DNA of 64,000 nucleotides from Chara braunii. Taxonomy: Eukaryota; Plantae; Charophyceae. Below are positions 37,801 through 50,586 of this stretch, in pieces. The notes beneath the pieces are model-generated. The model saw nothing but the letters and a program-made list of their open reading frames with translations, was not told where the DNA came from and searched no databases. The position numbers and the translations under genes were made by a program. The stretch spans positions 1,197,477-1,261,476 of the forward strand of contig BFEA01000014.1 in assembly GCA_003427395.1 (NCBI GenBank). Direction: 5' to 3'. Numbering within the stretch: position 1 is the first letter of the stretch; each line of letters starts with the position of its first letter.

Positions 37801-39401
37801 TTCATCCAACGATAACAAACTTCTCAGCGAAGAAAGCATGCCTTGATCTCAACAAAACAATTCCTGTTATGAGGATGACGCGTTGAGTGCCAATGAAACA
37901 ACTGAAAGAAGCTCCCTAAAGAAAAGGGAACGCCTAGTGGAGGAAAAATCTGTCAGGCACTCCCTCTCATTTGTTGCTCAAACGAAAAAAACTATCCAAA
38001 GCTGACAAGGCCCTGGGCCACCTGCCCCTATACCTAGTTCCCATGATCTGCAATCCAACATCGATAGGGGTTCAGGTAATGACTCTGTGTCCGGAAGGAG
38101 AGACACCTAGACTTCCTACTACTCCCCTAGGGGGGAGGATGTAGTTAGAATGATTAAGAAACATTACCTGCGTAAGGCAGCATATACAAAGATATTGGTT
38201 GATCCCAAAATAATCCGTCACCTGGTAGAAATGCCAGGGGAAGGAAACATGGCACTGTTCATTGTCTTTTTGGTCTTTGAGTCTTATAAAGTTAATGCTC
38301 ATCCCCCTCATTTCCCCCCTTTCCACCAGGTAGACATGTTCCATTTTGCTTCTCCACACTCGGATACGCTGAAAAATATAAATTTGGGCTTGTCCCTATC
38401 AGCCCAGGTTGTAGCAGACTGGTTAACTCAGTCAGACAACCTTTATGTGGTCCAGGCAGCCTCTTTTAGGGAACATTTGCATAAGGCTCTGGCAGAGAAG
38501 GCACTGAAGAAAAACTTTGAACAAGCCCAGTTTGTCTCAGTAGGTATAGTGCAAATCTCAAATGAAAGCGGAATCCAACCACCATAACGACAATGGACCA
38601 AGTAATGGTCCTTCCGAATAAGATCCGAATCCTAATTTTAAACAGGAACGTATGACGCTTGTGTGATTCTAACAATAATCATAAAAAAAATTGTGCTTCT
38701 GCATGGATTTCCTCAAAGTCCGCCCACCCTGCAAGAAACCAAGTTAGACGCAACAAAAATAGTGGAGGCCGGCAGATGGTGGTCGGGTCCACAAGTTTGG
38801 TCCCCGACGAATGGTTCGAAGAGAGGGGTTGTTATATTGGTGAACAAAGACTTAGACATAGATGTTTTGGACAGTTGTGCGGATCCTGAGGGTCGTTGGG
38901 CTTGGATCAAGTTAGGAGTAGGGAACGAAGATTGAGCAATAATGTCTCTCTACGCCCCGGTAGAGTATCATGTTCGTTCGAAATTCTTCGCATATCTACC
39001 CAAGTTGATCCAAGATACCGAGAACTTGATCGTAGTTGGGGACTGGAATACAGTGTTGAATCCTAGTCTAGATTCCCCCCCCCAAAAAACCCTCAGGAAG
39101 GACAGTCAATTACTAGGTGAGTTCATTACATCTTAAGGTCTGTTTGATACCTTTCACATATTGAATCCTCATTCACCTGGGTATACGTGGTATGAGCCTA
39201 GACCAACCCCCCAAGCACCTCAGCCAAAAAAAAGTTGGACGTCATATTCGTACGGGGATCCCCGTGCGACCGTTGTATTAGGGCAAACTTTAAAGCCTGT
39301 TCAATATTTGACCACCACCCAGTCCTGATGGATATCATTGCAAAAGATATTTTAGACAAATACAAACCACCCTTCAGATTAAATGTAAAAATTTTAAGAG
39401 A

Positions 39402-40493
39402 TGCGACGAACTACTTTCTGTTATCGCGCGACTTTCTGCGAGAAGCTGCTTGGGGAGATACAGCGGGTCGGATGGGTGAACTGTGGGAAGATGGGACGGG
39501 CAGGCAAATTGCATGAATGTCCTTGGTTCTTTTCGTTTTCTGCTGGAAGTCGTCGGATCGGTGTCGAGAAAGTCCCGTGCCAACGGTTGGGTGGTTGCGC
39601 CATGACGAGCGTGATAAATAATTGTACCATAACTTTTTTTTTGTTCTGCTGTGAGCACTGAGGATTTTTGGCGTGATCATCACGCAGGAATATCGTTTTT
39701 TAATTTTCAACTAATATCGAGCCCCCATGGGCTCGCGGAATTGTTTTTCTCTTTTTTGGAATTTCCTCTTTGCAATTAGGACTTAGGATAGGAATTTAGG
39801 AACACTTAATTTTGTTGCGTCGCGCTTGTGCGCATCTTGCTGCACTGGGGACTAGGCTCTGACTGGATCGCGTCCTTAATCTTGTCTAACTGTCGTTTTT
39901 GGTGGGCGCGATTGCAACTGTATCTTTCTTCTTTCTTGGGTTCCCTCGTGTTTACTCGTCTTCTCCTTCTTCCTTGCCGCGCATACTCTGTTCTAATTGG
40001 TCGGAGTGCCTGCATGACCGGATCTTTGTGCGGAGTGTGGCTACGACCCCCACGTCGCGGCCCGGCCATGCAGACGTAGGCACTTCCTCTCTTCTCCTCT
40101 TGTGGAGAGAAGGTTAACCGACCCCCCAATTTTCACCGTCATTTATAAGAAAACCAAAGGGTCATTATAACCATACTTTACACCAATCTGTAGAGTGCAC
40201 TTCTTACTAACATATTGCAAAAAAAAAAACGAAAAAAAAAAATAAAAACATATAAAACAGCAAGCCAAAAGTGCACTTTCATGAAATTTCACCAACATTT
40301 CAATTTGTCGATTTTCACAATTTTCAACACTGCCCAAAACAACCATCTCCAGGAACCCAACAAACAACAAACTTGGCACATAAAGACCTTGACAAAAAAG
40401 AAAACAGGCCAAAAAAAAAAAAANNNNNNNNNNNNNNNNNNNNNNNNNNNNNNNNNNNNNNNNNNNNNNNNNNNNNNNNNNNNNNNNNNNNNN

Positions 40494-40533
<40 letters not shown>

Positions 40534-41622
40534 ATGATCCCCACTACACTTTTCATGTTGGTGAATGTCCACCTGGGCTTAATCCCGTACCTTTCGCGCA
40601 GGCATGCATGCTATAAATTTCGCAAGCGCGATTAGTTTACTCTTTAAGAATTCCAAGGTTAGCGCGATCAGTGAGGGTCGGCTAACGAGCAAGTTTGGAA
40701 GGTGAGTGAGTGTGAGAGTTGGGCAATCCGACGAGTTGGTATGGGTATGCAGGGGACCGAGCTTTCTAAACGGAAATGGCTGCGAAATTTCTCGCTTGGA
40801 TGTCCGATTGTGAGAGTCTGAGGTACCCGGAATACCACGAATATTGGGAAGGTGAACAACTCAAACGGCGGGGGAACTTAAGAAATCTTAAATTTCCCTG
40901 TCTGACGGAAAGCGATCGGTCGTGTGCGAGGGATTTTCACTGTGCCATAACTAACGATCCTAGGAGCCCAAATTATCCGGATCCTTATAACAGGCAGTAT
41001 TTCATATCCCTTGGTTTCGTCGTTATTACTACCAGTTTCCCTCCCTTCCACCTCCTCCTTCCATACCACCAACTCACGGTGGTGCCGTGGAATTCCATAG
41101 CCCGCTATTGGCCCCACATACCGTGCGAAAAGTGTCGGCGACACTAGGCCTACAGAGCCTCGAAGTTCGCTCGGCGAACCCGCACTGAAGCTGAGGGGCG
41201 CTGACGACTGATCGAGCCGCGCAACCGGCCACGAAGGCAAAACCCGAGGAAATGGTGATTCCCATTTCTCTCAGACTTGAAAGTTGAGTTCGTTGGCTGG
41301 GACCATGTTGTTGGGATTTTGTTCGAGAATGCAAGAGTGTTTAGATCTGTTGGTACAGTGATCGTGAAAATGTATCCTGAATCTTTAACCTGAGATGCAC
41401 TGCGCATGCCATTTGCCTTATGCTGCACGACATCAACAACTTCCCTTCTGTGCACACCCTCTTTGCGCCTATACCCCCGAGACTTGCGACAGGAGATCTC
41501 AGTTCCGACCTGGGACTCCACCCCCATTTTCCTAAAATCCTTGGCACACCCCTTTTCGCACTTCCGGGCCCGAATCCCACTCCGATCAGGAAGTCGCGCT
41601 GGGCGTGAGGTTGGGCGTCACA
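39402..41622 (-). mobile_element. ~2.2-kb solo-LTR-like insertion in LINE A ORF2
   Basis: The rc begins TGTGACGCCC and ends CGTCGCA (7-bp terminal inverted repeat). The LINE peptide LNVKILRD|LGIPVWI is continuous across it. No TSD is evident. Confidence 0.7.
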
Positions 41623-43945
41623 ACCTAGGGATTCCTGTCTGGATCACTACACAAATGAAGGACTGGCAAAATGCAAGAGACCTGTTCTCAAACATGGAGG
41701 ATTGAGCAGGTGTTGGAATTGGAATAATCCAGTCCGCTATGGAGGAATTCTCCATAATGAAAGCAGCGGCTCACGTATGGAAAAAAATGTCATTGCTATT
41801 AAAAAATAACAGTTGCGGCCCTCTTCGAGCTTAAACAACTGGAAATTCAGCATCAGTCAGACTGACTGGAATGATTGGAACTCAAGGGTATCATCAGATA
41901 TGACTGCATGACAAAGATGATATTCCGGTCCCTAATCCTTCGACAAGCCAAGTCACTTATGAGGGAGCTCAATTGGCAACAAACACGACCCAAATCTACA
42001 ACTACGCAGTAGACTACTTGAAGGACATAGTTACAACAAGACGTCCATTTGATTCCTTTGATACCGACTTGGTGGAACACTTAGATTGTTGGAATAGGTC
42101 GGTAAGATATATAGCCCACTCACAAACTTGAAGAGAGGCCCTTGACGATCCCATCTTCGAAAGAGAGACTTGGGAGGCAGCCAATCAGATGGTTGTAGGA
42201 AAATGCCTAGGCCCTGATGGTCTGCCGATTGAACTCTTTCTCAGTGCTTGGGAGGCTTTCGCCCCTTTTCTCTGTGAGATTTACGAGGTTGTTCTAACAA
42301 CGGGCACACTACCTAAAGGAATAGTTCGGGGAATGATCTCCCTCTTTTACAAAAAAAGAGACAAAGAGGAGGTATGGAACTGGAGACCGATCTCGATCCT
42401 CAACGTGACTAACAAACTTTTGGGAAAAAGTCTAGCCATCAGGCTCACTGAAATTCTACCCACCATGGTCAACACAGAACAGGGCGTTTTTGTTAAAGGT
42501 AGAACCATTTTCAAAAATTTTATCCTTACTATACAAGCCCTGAAGATAATTGGGAAAGAGAGGAGAAATGTGGCTACGACAAGGTTGGGTGGGCCTTCGT
42601 GAACACTAACTTTTGTACTTGGACCAAAACTCTTTATGCAAATGTTACGACATCAATAGTGGTGAATGAGAAACTCTTCGAGGAATTCGCCCTGACGCAT
42701 TCTCTGAGACAAGGTTGACCCCTTGCTTCATTGATTTTCGTTCTCAAACTAGAAGTTCAATTAGACAATATCAGATCTAATGACAAGATAAAAGGCCTTA
42801 GGACCCCCCCAACCCTTTAGTGGAAGGGGGGATCTATTGCTGATAACTTAACAATGGCATGCATGAACTCACCAATGTGTATGACTAAATTATGTAGTGT
42901 AGTAGACACCTATTGTGAGTTGTCAGAAGCCTAAAGAAATTGGGACAAGTCAATGTTTTTTTTACACCCCGATTTTGAGTTGTGTATGGATTGGGGATTA
43001 CGCCGTATTCCAACAAACTCATCAGAAAAATTTTTGGGAATCCAGGTATCCTTGTCAGACTGTTCTACTTTGCAGGACAACATTCTAGTTGGGAAAGCTA
43101 CCACTAGGATCACAAGTTGGGAGAGTAGACATGCTCTCTCTATTTGGGCGTGCATTAGTGTTGACAACGGCAACCTTTTCAACTCTCTGGCTCCCTATGA
43201 CTGTGTACCCACTGAGCAAGGATGCTAATAAGAAGATCAAGAGAGCGGTGATGCGCTACCTCTGAAAACCATCAACAACTGAAGAACATGAATTTGTCCC
43301 CAAAGTGGCCTGAGAGGTTATCACGAGACCAAGGAATGAGGGGGGTCTGGGGATCTTGGATCCAGTCCACCAATATTTGGCCCTGTTGGCCAAATGGCCA
43401 ACTCAAGCTATGGTGGGAAAGGATCACAAACTTTGGATGGAACGGGCGGAACATATACTGGGTTCTGAATGAGAGCTCAAAGGACCTTTTGAACTATGGT
43501 TGTGCCTAATGATGCCTTCCTTTACACAACGTCGTTCACAGTCAAGAATCTGACGTGACATCATCTTCGCGTGGGACAAGGTTAAACCCTCAGAATGGAA
43601 ACAACCAGTAACAAAAACAAAATGCCTTGATCAACTTCTGTTTGTCAACCCCTACATTTTGCAGCGAAGTAGACTCCCCTTCACGGCGGAGGGAGGAAGC
43701 TCAAACTTTGGTAGATCTTGGATAAAAAAAGGTGTTGTACAAGTCAAAGACGTTTGGGACCCCCTCTCATCAGACTGGTTAGAGGAGGGATCGCTGAGAA
43801 GTAAACTATCGAGGCTTCATTACCCGTTAGAGAACTATCAGTTGCTCTTGGAAGCCATTCCTCAAGGGTGGGCTTACTTGCGCCGAAGTGAATCAGAGAA
43901 CTCTCAAGACACCTGGGTAAGATCCCCAGATCACTGCAATAATTG

Positions 43946-44274
43946 CCATGTCGTCAAAATTGACATCTTTTATTTTTTGAACGAAATTGAAACCGAGTTA
44001 TTTGGCCCAAAACTCATCAAAATTTGTTGTTCCTGAGGGTCCGGCGTTTGTAAAACGCTGGACCCCCTGGTTGTATATGGACCTAGCTTGAGACTAGGTA
44101 CCTCCAGGTAGGACTGCTTGGAGGTACCTGGTCTCAAGCTAGGTCCATGTACAGCCATGGCGTTTTACAAACGCCGGACCCTAAGACACAAATCAAATTT
44201 TGACAAGTTTTGGGCCAAAAAACTCGGTTTCAATTTCGTTCAAAAAATAAAAAATGTCAATTTTGACGAAATGG
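43946..44274. mobile_element. Foldback MITE (same family as 1779-2066) inserted in LINE A
   Basis: TIRs CCATGTCGTCAAAATTGACAT / ATGTCAATTTTGACGAAATGG, with a palindromic interior. Confidence 0.85.
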
Positions 44275-45231
44275 TCGGTCAATTAAGTTTGAAGAATATT
44301 GGGCCCGAAATTGAAGTCTGGTATCAGGGTATAGTCTCGATCTCTCCTGGGGATCCGAAGGACAATAGGACCGTTGCAAATGACAAGGGAGCTGGTAGTC
44401 ACAGAAACGATTGGCCTGCAGGGAGTCCACGTTTTATACAGCGAAGATAAAAAAGGGCAAAGCAATGACTCTGCTAGAGAGAAATGCAGATTCATATAGA
44501 GTTGACCCCTCCTGTTTGGATGGAAGGAACTCAAATCTAGACACTCCTTCATACCTTTACTACTATATAAGTTAAAAACAGGTGTGGAGGTCCAACAATC
44601 TCAAGTGGAATTGACACCAGCGATTTTGGCTCTGAGAAGAGCGGACCAGCAACAATTGGAAGGGGTTTCTGAGAAAAAACTGAAACACTTATGGACTGCT
44701 CTGAAGAAATTGTTTGCGCAGAAGCAAGCTGTAACCATCTGGTTGCAATCTTTGGTGGTCACAACCACTGTTGTATGGCTCTCTTCCAAAGGGATGGACA
44801 TATCGTCAATCTGCCAACGCTGTAACTAGGGTTGGGAGAACCAAGCCCACGTGTGGCTCCTCTGCCCCTTAGTGGACAAACTTTTCGAATGGTGGAAAAA
44901 CTACTGGTCTAGACTGTATGGGGAGGAGCTACAATGGTCAGACAATTGGTGGCCTCACCTTTCAAGCTAGGATTGGATATGTGGCTCTGCGCTGTCCAGG
45001 GGCATTGTTGGAGGTGATCTGGACTGCAAGGAAAGGTAAAGTATTTAACAAAGAAAATATGTCGTTACCCCAACAAAATAATTTACTCAAGAATAAACTC
45101 AGGCTGACGATTACAGCAGATTGGACTCAACGTCGTACTCCTCGGGCCAAGTGCTTATCCCGGTTCAAGCGGACATGGGCGTCAGCAAATAAATGGGTTA
45201 CAGTCGGACCGGATGGAACATTCCAATTTAA

Positions 45232-45418
45232 ACCACCAGTACTTGGCGCAACTATCGATGTCCGGCATGCCGTTTCGCGCCGACCCGCCAGCGGAAAAAA
45301 AAAAAATTGTTTTGGTTGGCGGCATCAGCCTTTCAAGTCCAGTACCCCGGGTCTCCAAAACTTGTGAGGCGTTAGCAACAACGCCCCGCCGCAGACATAT
45401 GGGCAAAGTACTGGTTGT
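45232..45418. mobile_element. TTAA-flanked MITE at the end of LINE A ORF2
   Basis: TTAA-ACCACCAGTACTT ... AAGTACTGGTTGT-TTAA. Removing it restores PDGTFQFNPWLT, colinear with PDGNLSVAKWLT of LINE B. Confidence 0.88.
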
Positions 45419-45446
45419 TTAATCCATGGTTAACCAGCCAGAATGA

Positions 45447-45531
45447 CTACAGTCTTCCCCTGAATTTGGTGTAGCTTTCAGTCTAAATTCAGCTATAATG
45501 ACCATACGTTGTATTGGGGGGAAGATTGTAG
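45447..45531. mobile_element. Internally deleted mini foldback MITE (family of 63750-63862)
   Basis: TIRs CTACAGTCTTCCCC / GGGGAAGATTGTAG. The right arm matches 63805-63861. Confidence 0.75.
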
Positions 45532-45750
45532 AGCTTTTCAACTTTAGAATCGGTCAGGTTTGGTTACACAGAAAGAGAAAGTCACTGTAGATTTTTTTTT
45601 TTTTTTTTTTTTTTTTTCGTAAAGTAGTGATACGGGTTTTAATTTTCTATCATCTGTTGAAATTCAAGCTTTTCTTATAATTGTAGGCAGTTTGATCATG
45701 CATGTCACAATTATCAAGCTAGGAGATGAGGGAAGTCTCACCCTCCTAAG

Positions 45751-45795
<45 letters not shown>

Positions 45796-46389
45796 AAAGT
45801 TTTGAGATATATTGCAAATGAATAATGGGACGAGGCCGGGGACCTCACACTTCAACCCGGAGTTATCCTGGCAGCATCAGCCAGTTTTGCTTACGAGCCC
45901 GGCTTGGTGGACCCATCGTCAGCTCCAAATCTCTCAACTCTACTGCTGGAAAACGGGTTCAGCGTCCCCTAGAAAATTTCATATAACTTTCCAAAAAATA
46001 AAACTTGAAGCTCCAAATTAACGGCGTTTGCCCTTGCAGTCAGAATGTAACTACCAAGGTAAGCTCCCTGTCATATCCAACAAGCTCTGAAATCGTACTC
46101 CGCTTTATGCTGGTTAGTATATTCTACTGACTGCAGCACGCGGTGACCCTTGTTCCATCCAAAACGAGGGGGGAGAAGAAAACTTTCTTTTTACAATTTA
46201 TGCCTATCTTCCCCTTGTGATTCTTGCATGACTCAGTGGGCCACTGAAGACCCTTTATTACTCCCTTTACCCTTTGACATTCATGATTCCATAATTGCCC
46301 AAGTGGATCTAAAACGGTCCAGCAGACGGTCCAACAGCCAGGATCAGAGCGCTAGCCGCACCCAGTCCTGCTAGCAGTCTTTGTCCTAG

Positions 46390-49300
46390 TTAAGTAAGCC
46401 ACTTTGCTACACTCAAATTACCATCTGGGCTGACTGATGCTAGGAAGTTTTTCATTGTCCATTTTTTACGAAACCACAGGATGCCTCATCCTGCTCTCTA
46501 CTTGGATCTCCTCCATTCTACTAGGATAATCAATCTCAGAGAGTTTTTAATTATTCCTCTCTGTTGATGGAGGGACCATTTGTCACCATGAAACACCATG
46601 GCATTTCGTGTTTTCCAAATAGTTTCCAAGATTATTCCATTGCATAACATGGCAACATATCCCCAAGCATCTCCCCATTTTGCATTAGGGGGGAGGGTGG
46701 CGGACAATATCCAGTCATTCGTCCATTCCCACTCAGAACTTCCCCCTTCCTCCCATTGTAGTTTCCACCATCTCCATACTTCCTCAGCTAGTGGGCAAAG
46801 TAGCCAGATATGTTTCGTTGTTTTCCAGCCCCAGCTACAGCGCTGACACGTCTGATTGAGATTCATTCCTCTCTGGTTAAGCCAAACCGCCGAGGGGATC
46901 ACATCTAGAGACTGAGCCCACATCAAACTCGCTTGCTTCTGTGAGGGCATCCTCTTCAACAACTGTCATTGAACTTTGAAATCTGGTGTAGGCTTCGTTT
47001 GGCCATACTTCTTTTGATTTCTCTGAGTTGCCACCTCTTGCAGCTGTTGCTTCTTTCGTCTACACTGCAGAACTCCGACTTTAGGACAATACTGAATAAG
47101 CAGTTTTACCTTTCCATTGATATTCCTCCACCCATACTGCAGTGGCTCAACTTTATATTCTTCTGCAAGTCCCTCCAACAGGACCACCTGACTGACTTTG
47201 TGCTCTCGGTGTTCCCAGACCCTCACTTCTACCAAATCTACCGTGGAGTCTAAGCCGATCTCAATCTCTCTCTTAAGCTCAAAACCTCCCTTGACTGGTC
47301 CGCCTATTTTCCATTGTTCTAGTTTCATCCCTTGTGGCAGATCTGGGCCTATCACTCTCAGTATACAACGAGGGTTGTTAGGGTGTTTCACCCAAGTATC
47401 CTTACTGTGTTCTGTAGAGTCTTAAATATCTTTTCCCAGTGAGGGGGTATTGCAGCCAACAGGGTCGTATAGTGGTCCTCCATTTTGTGCAATCTTGGCA
47501 GTTTTTTTCTCATTTCCTCCACAGAGGACCAGCATTGCTTTTCTCCATCCCAGATGTGTTTGACTAAGTAGACCCCTTTTTAAATCCATGCTCGTGCAAA
47601 ATTCTCTGTCTTCTGGCCAGACTCAAAAGGTTGCCCAGTCCCTTGTTTTATCAAAACATTATCGAACAGGCTCTGGTTACCGACCTCTACTTTGGTTTGC
47701 GGATCCCTCAGCTTTACTAGCTTGACTTTTCACCATGCCGCTAAGATTCCTGACCATACCCTAGAGGTGGTTCTTCTATTGGAGAAGTTTGTTAATAAAA
47801 TGCAGGCCCACACGTTAACCCCATTTGCAAGTGACCAATCCCTTCTCAAAATGTATTCTGCAAATAGACCCCACAACTTTTGATCTTTCTGAAAGCATGC
47901 CTTTATGATCCATTTGATTAGCAAACCCACATTCTGATCTCGTGGATCTAACACTCCTAACCCCCCTTGATCTCTTGGCTGGCACACCATATCCAATGCA
48001 ACCTTGTGGATGAACCCCTGTTCTTCCGAAGCTGTGGGCTTCCACAAATATTGTGCCGCCACTCTTTTAACTTGAGCATAAGCCTTGTCTCCCAGAAAGT
48101 GGACAGTAAGCGAAAACCACATAATTGAGAAGGTTGCAGATGTAAGCACCAAGGCCCTCCCAAAAATCGACAATTTGTGACTTCTTTTTCAGCCCAGTAT
48201 CCTTGCACAAACTTTCTCTTTTATGATCTTGTCTTGGGTTGTGGAACAATTTGAGAGCAACGCCTGGACCCCCAGCAACCGCTCTGAGCTCTCAGGCGGT
48301 ACTTCTCTGAGGCCCTAATTTACACATAAGATAAAAGGGGAGGGAAGTAGATAAGCAGACTTATCCCAGTTTATAGATGCCTCAGATAACACACAATATT
48401 CATCTAATACGATTTCAAGTTTCGTGAACGAAGTTTGGGTATTCTCGCAGGCTAGTGTAAGGTCGTCTGCTATCGACCCTCCCTTCCAATGAATGTTGGG
48501 GGGGAGCTCAAGACCTCTTATATTAGTATTATATCTTATATTATCCAACAATACCTCCAACTGAAGGACGGACAAAAGGGGTGCCAAGGGGCAGCCCTAA
48601 CGTAAAGAGCGAGTAAGTTTAAAAGCCTCAGACAATCTACCATTTACTAGGACTACCAACGAGGTGTCTGAGTACATTGCTTTGATATTTTGCAGAAATT
48701 GAGGTCCAAAGCCCATGTGGTTTAAAATTGTAAACACAAAGGGTCAACCCACCTTGTCATATGCCTTCTCCATATCAAGGAGAAAGACTGTTATTTCTTT
48801 CTTTTCTGATGCGATAATCTCCAATGCTTGAAGCGTGCTCATAATATTGTCAAAAATAGTACGGCCTTTGACAAAGGCACCTTGTTCCTGGCCCACCAAA
48901 CTCGGTAGTATCTCTGTCAATCTGATGGTCTGTGCTTTAGCAAGAATTTTGTAGGCTACGTTCAACACCGAGATCAGTCTGTAGTTCTTTACCTCCAACT
49001 TACTCCTTTTTTTGTAAAGCAGGGAGATATATCCTTTCAAAAATCCTGTCGGGAGTGAACCCACCATTCTTATGTTGTTGTAGACTTTAGTTAGGAAAGC
49101 GCCAAAGACATCCCAGCATTCCACATATAACTCTACTGGGAGGCCGTCCAAGCCGGGACATTTTCCTTGCGCCATCTGTTTGGCCGCCTTACCTAGTTCT
49201 TCCACTGTAAATGGTTCCTCTAAAGCTTTCCTCATTCCTGATGAGAGTTTGATCCTTGATCTATCCCAAAAGGAGGAGTTCACAGAGAGATCCGTGTCAC

Positions 49301-50586
49301 ACGAATCAAACGGTCTTCGTGTTGTTACTATATCGCTGAAATAATCAAAGGCAAAGGAGCACATGATTGTTGTATCTGACATCGTGATGGGGTTTATCGC
49401 AAACGGGTGGGCAAACTCCTTGATTAGCGATTTAGACTGCCTGAGGATTAGGGATCGAAATTATATTTTAGTCATCCTCTCGTACCCAATAATCCCCCTC
49501 AGTTTCAACCACTCCAACCACTCGGCCTGTTTTCTAACTTCGAGTTTTTCTAATTTCATTACTGCTTTACTTATTTTTTCCGACCAGAAGTAATCTGAGA
49601 AGGGGTCTCCACCCATACTCTCTTCTGCTTGGGAGATCACTCTTGTTAGTTGTTTCTCTTCCCACTGGCGTGCTGCAACCTTCATTCTTGAGAAGTTGAT
49701 TAACGTGGATCTGATTATATTAATCCCTACTTCGGCCCATTCTCACTGGTCTTCAAAGAGGTCTGTAGCGTTTTCCTAATTTTTCATTTGTTCTCTTATC
49801 CACTCTTTGATCCCCTCAACCTTCAGCAGATTCACATTCAGTCGAAAAGGGGGTCTTTCTTTTTGAACTGTCTCAACTGCTATGACGTCCATGAGGACTG
49901 GATAATGGTCTGAGAGCGACGCAAATTGAACATCTGACCAGCAACACCTGTCCCAAGGAGCCCCTCTTGCTAGGATCAAATCCAACCGGCTTCGAGGGGG
50001 CCTTGTTCTTTTATATGGTCTTGGGCCATACCAAGAAAACCCGTTCGCCTCTGGGTTCAGAGTCCGGAAAACATCGTTGAGCACCTGAGAATTCATGAGC
50101 TCGACTAACATGTCTGCGTCCGCTCTGGCTTGGTGCCTCGTGAGAGAGTCCAGACCCTGTATTAGGATAGTTAGGTAAATTCGCTAGAAAATTCACCCTC
50201 TGATTTAATTCCACAGGGGCGTAGACTGACATTACAACCCACTCCTCCTCCCCAAGTTGAAACTTCAACCAAGCTACACATCCATCTGTATCTGTAAAAG
50301 AGTTTAATTCTATAATATTAAGATTCTTATCTACTAATATTGCCACTCCACCGCAGGTTCCAACCGTTGGGGACCATACCTGTGGCTCATCCCAAAATGC
50401 GGCTGCTTCTCTGATTTTTTCGTCATTTAGCTTAGTTTCCTGTAGTCCAATTATTTGGACATTTTTCCGGTGTATCCATGTCCTAAGCCTTGATCTTTTG
50501 TGTCTATTTGTGGTTTCCCCTAAGCCACATACATTCCATGAGACTATACGGAGTTTAGGTGGAAGGACCATCAGGTCTGCAACCAC
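46390..50586 (-). pseudogene. LINE B ORF2 (APE endonuclease, reverse transcriptase, C-terminal zinc finger), disrupted
   Basis: SWNVCGL, GLQETKL, RLDLI, SDHYPV, KCPGLDG, YRLISVLN, DMEKAYD, GCPLAP, IADD, GGLGV, CQRC..H..CP. Several stops and frameshifts. Confidence 0.92.

Larger units (their letters stand above)
36097..45445 (+). mobile_element. Decayed L1/Tx1-type LINE (copy A): ORF1 from 36097, ORF2 (APE-RT-zinc finger) from ~38605
   Basis: ORF1 start EKERIRIIVNNCY matches copy B. APE motifs LQETKL, LYAP, GDWN, DHHPV; RT motifs KCLGPDGLP, WRPISILN, GGSIADN; C-terminal CQRC..H..LLCP. Many stops. The 3' boundary is approximate. Confidence 0.9.
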
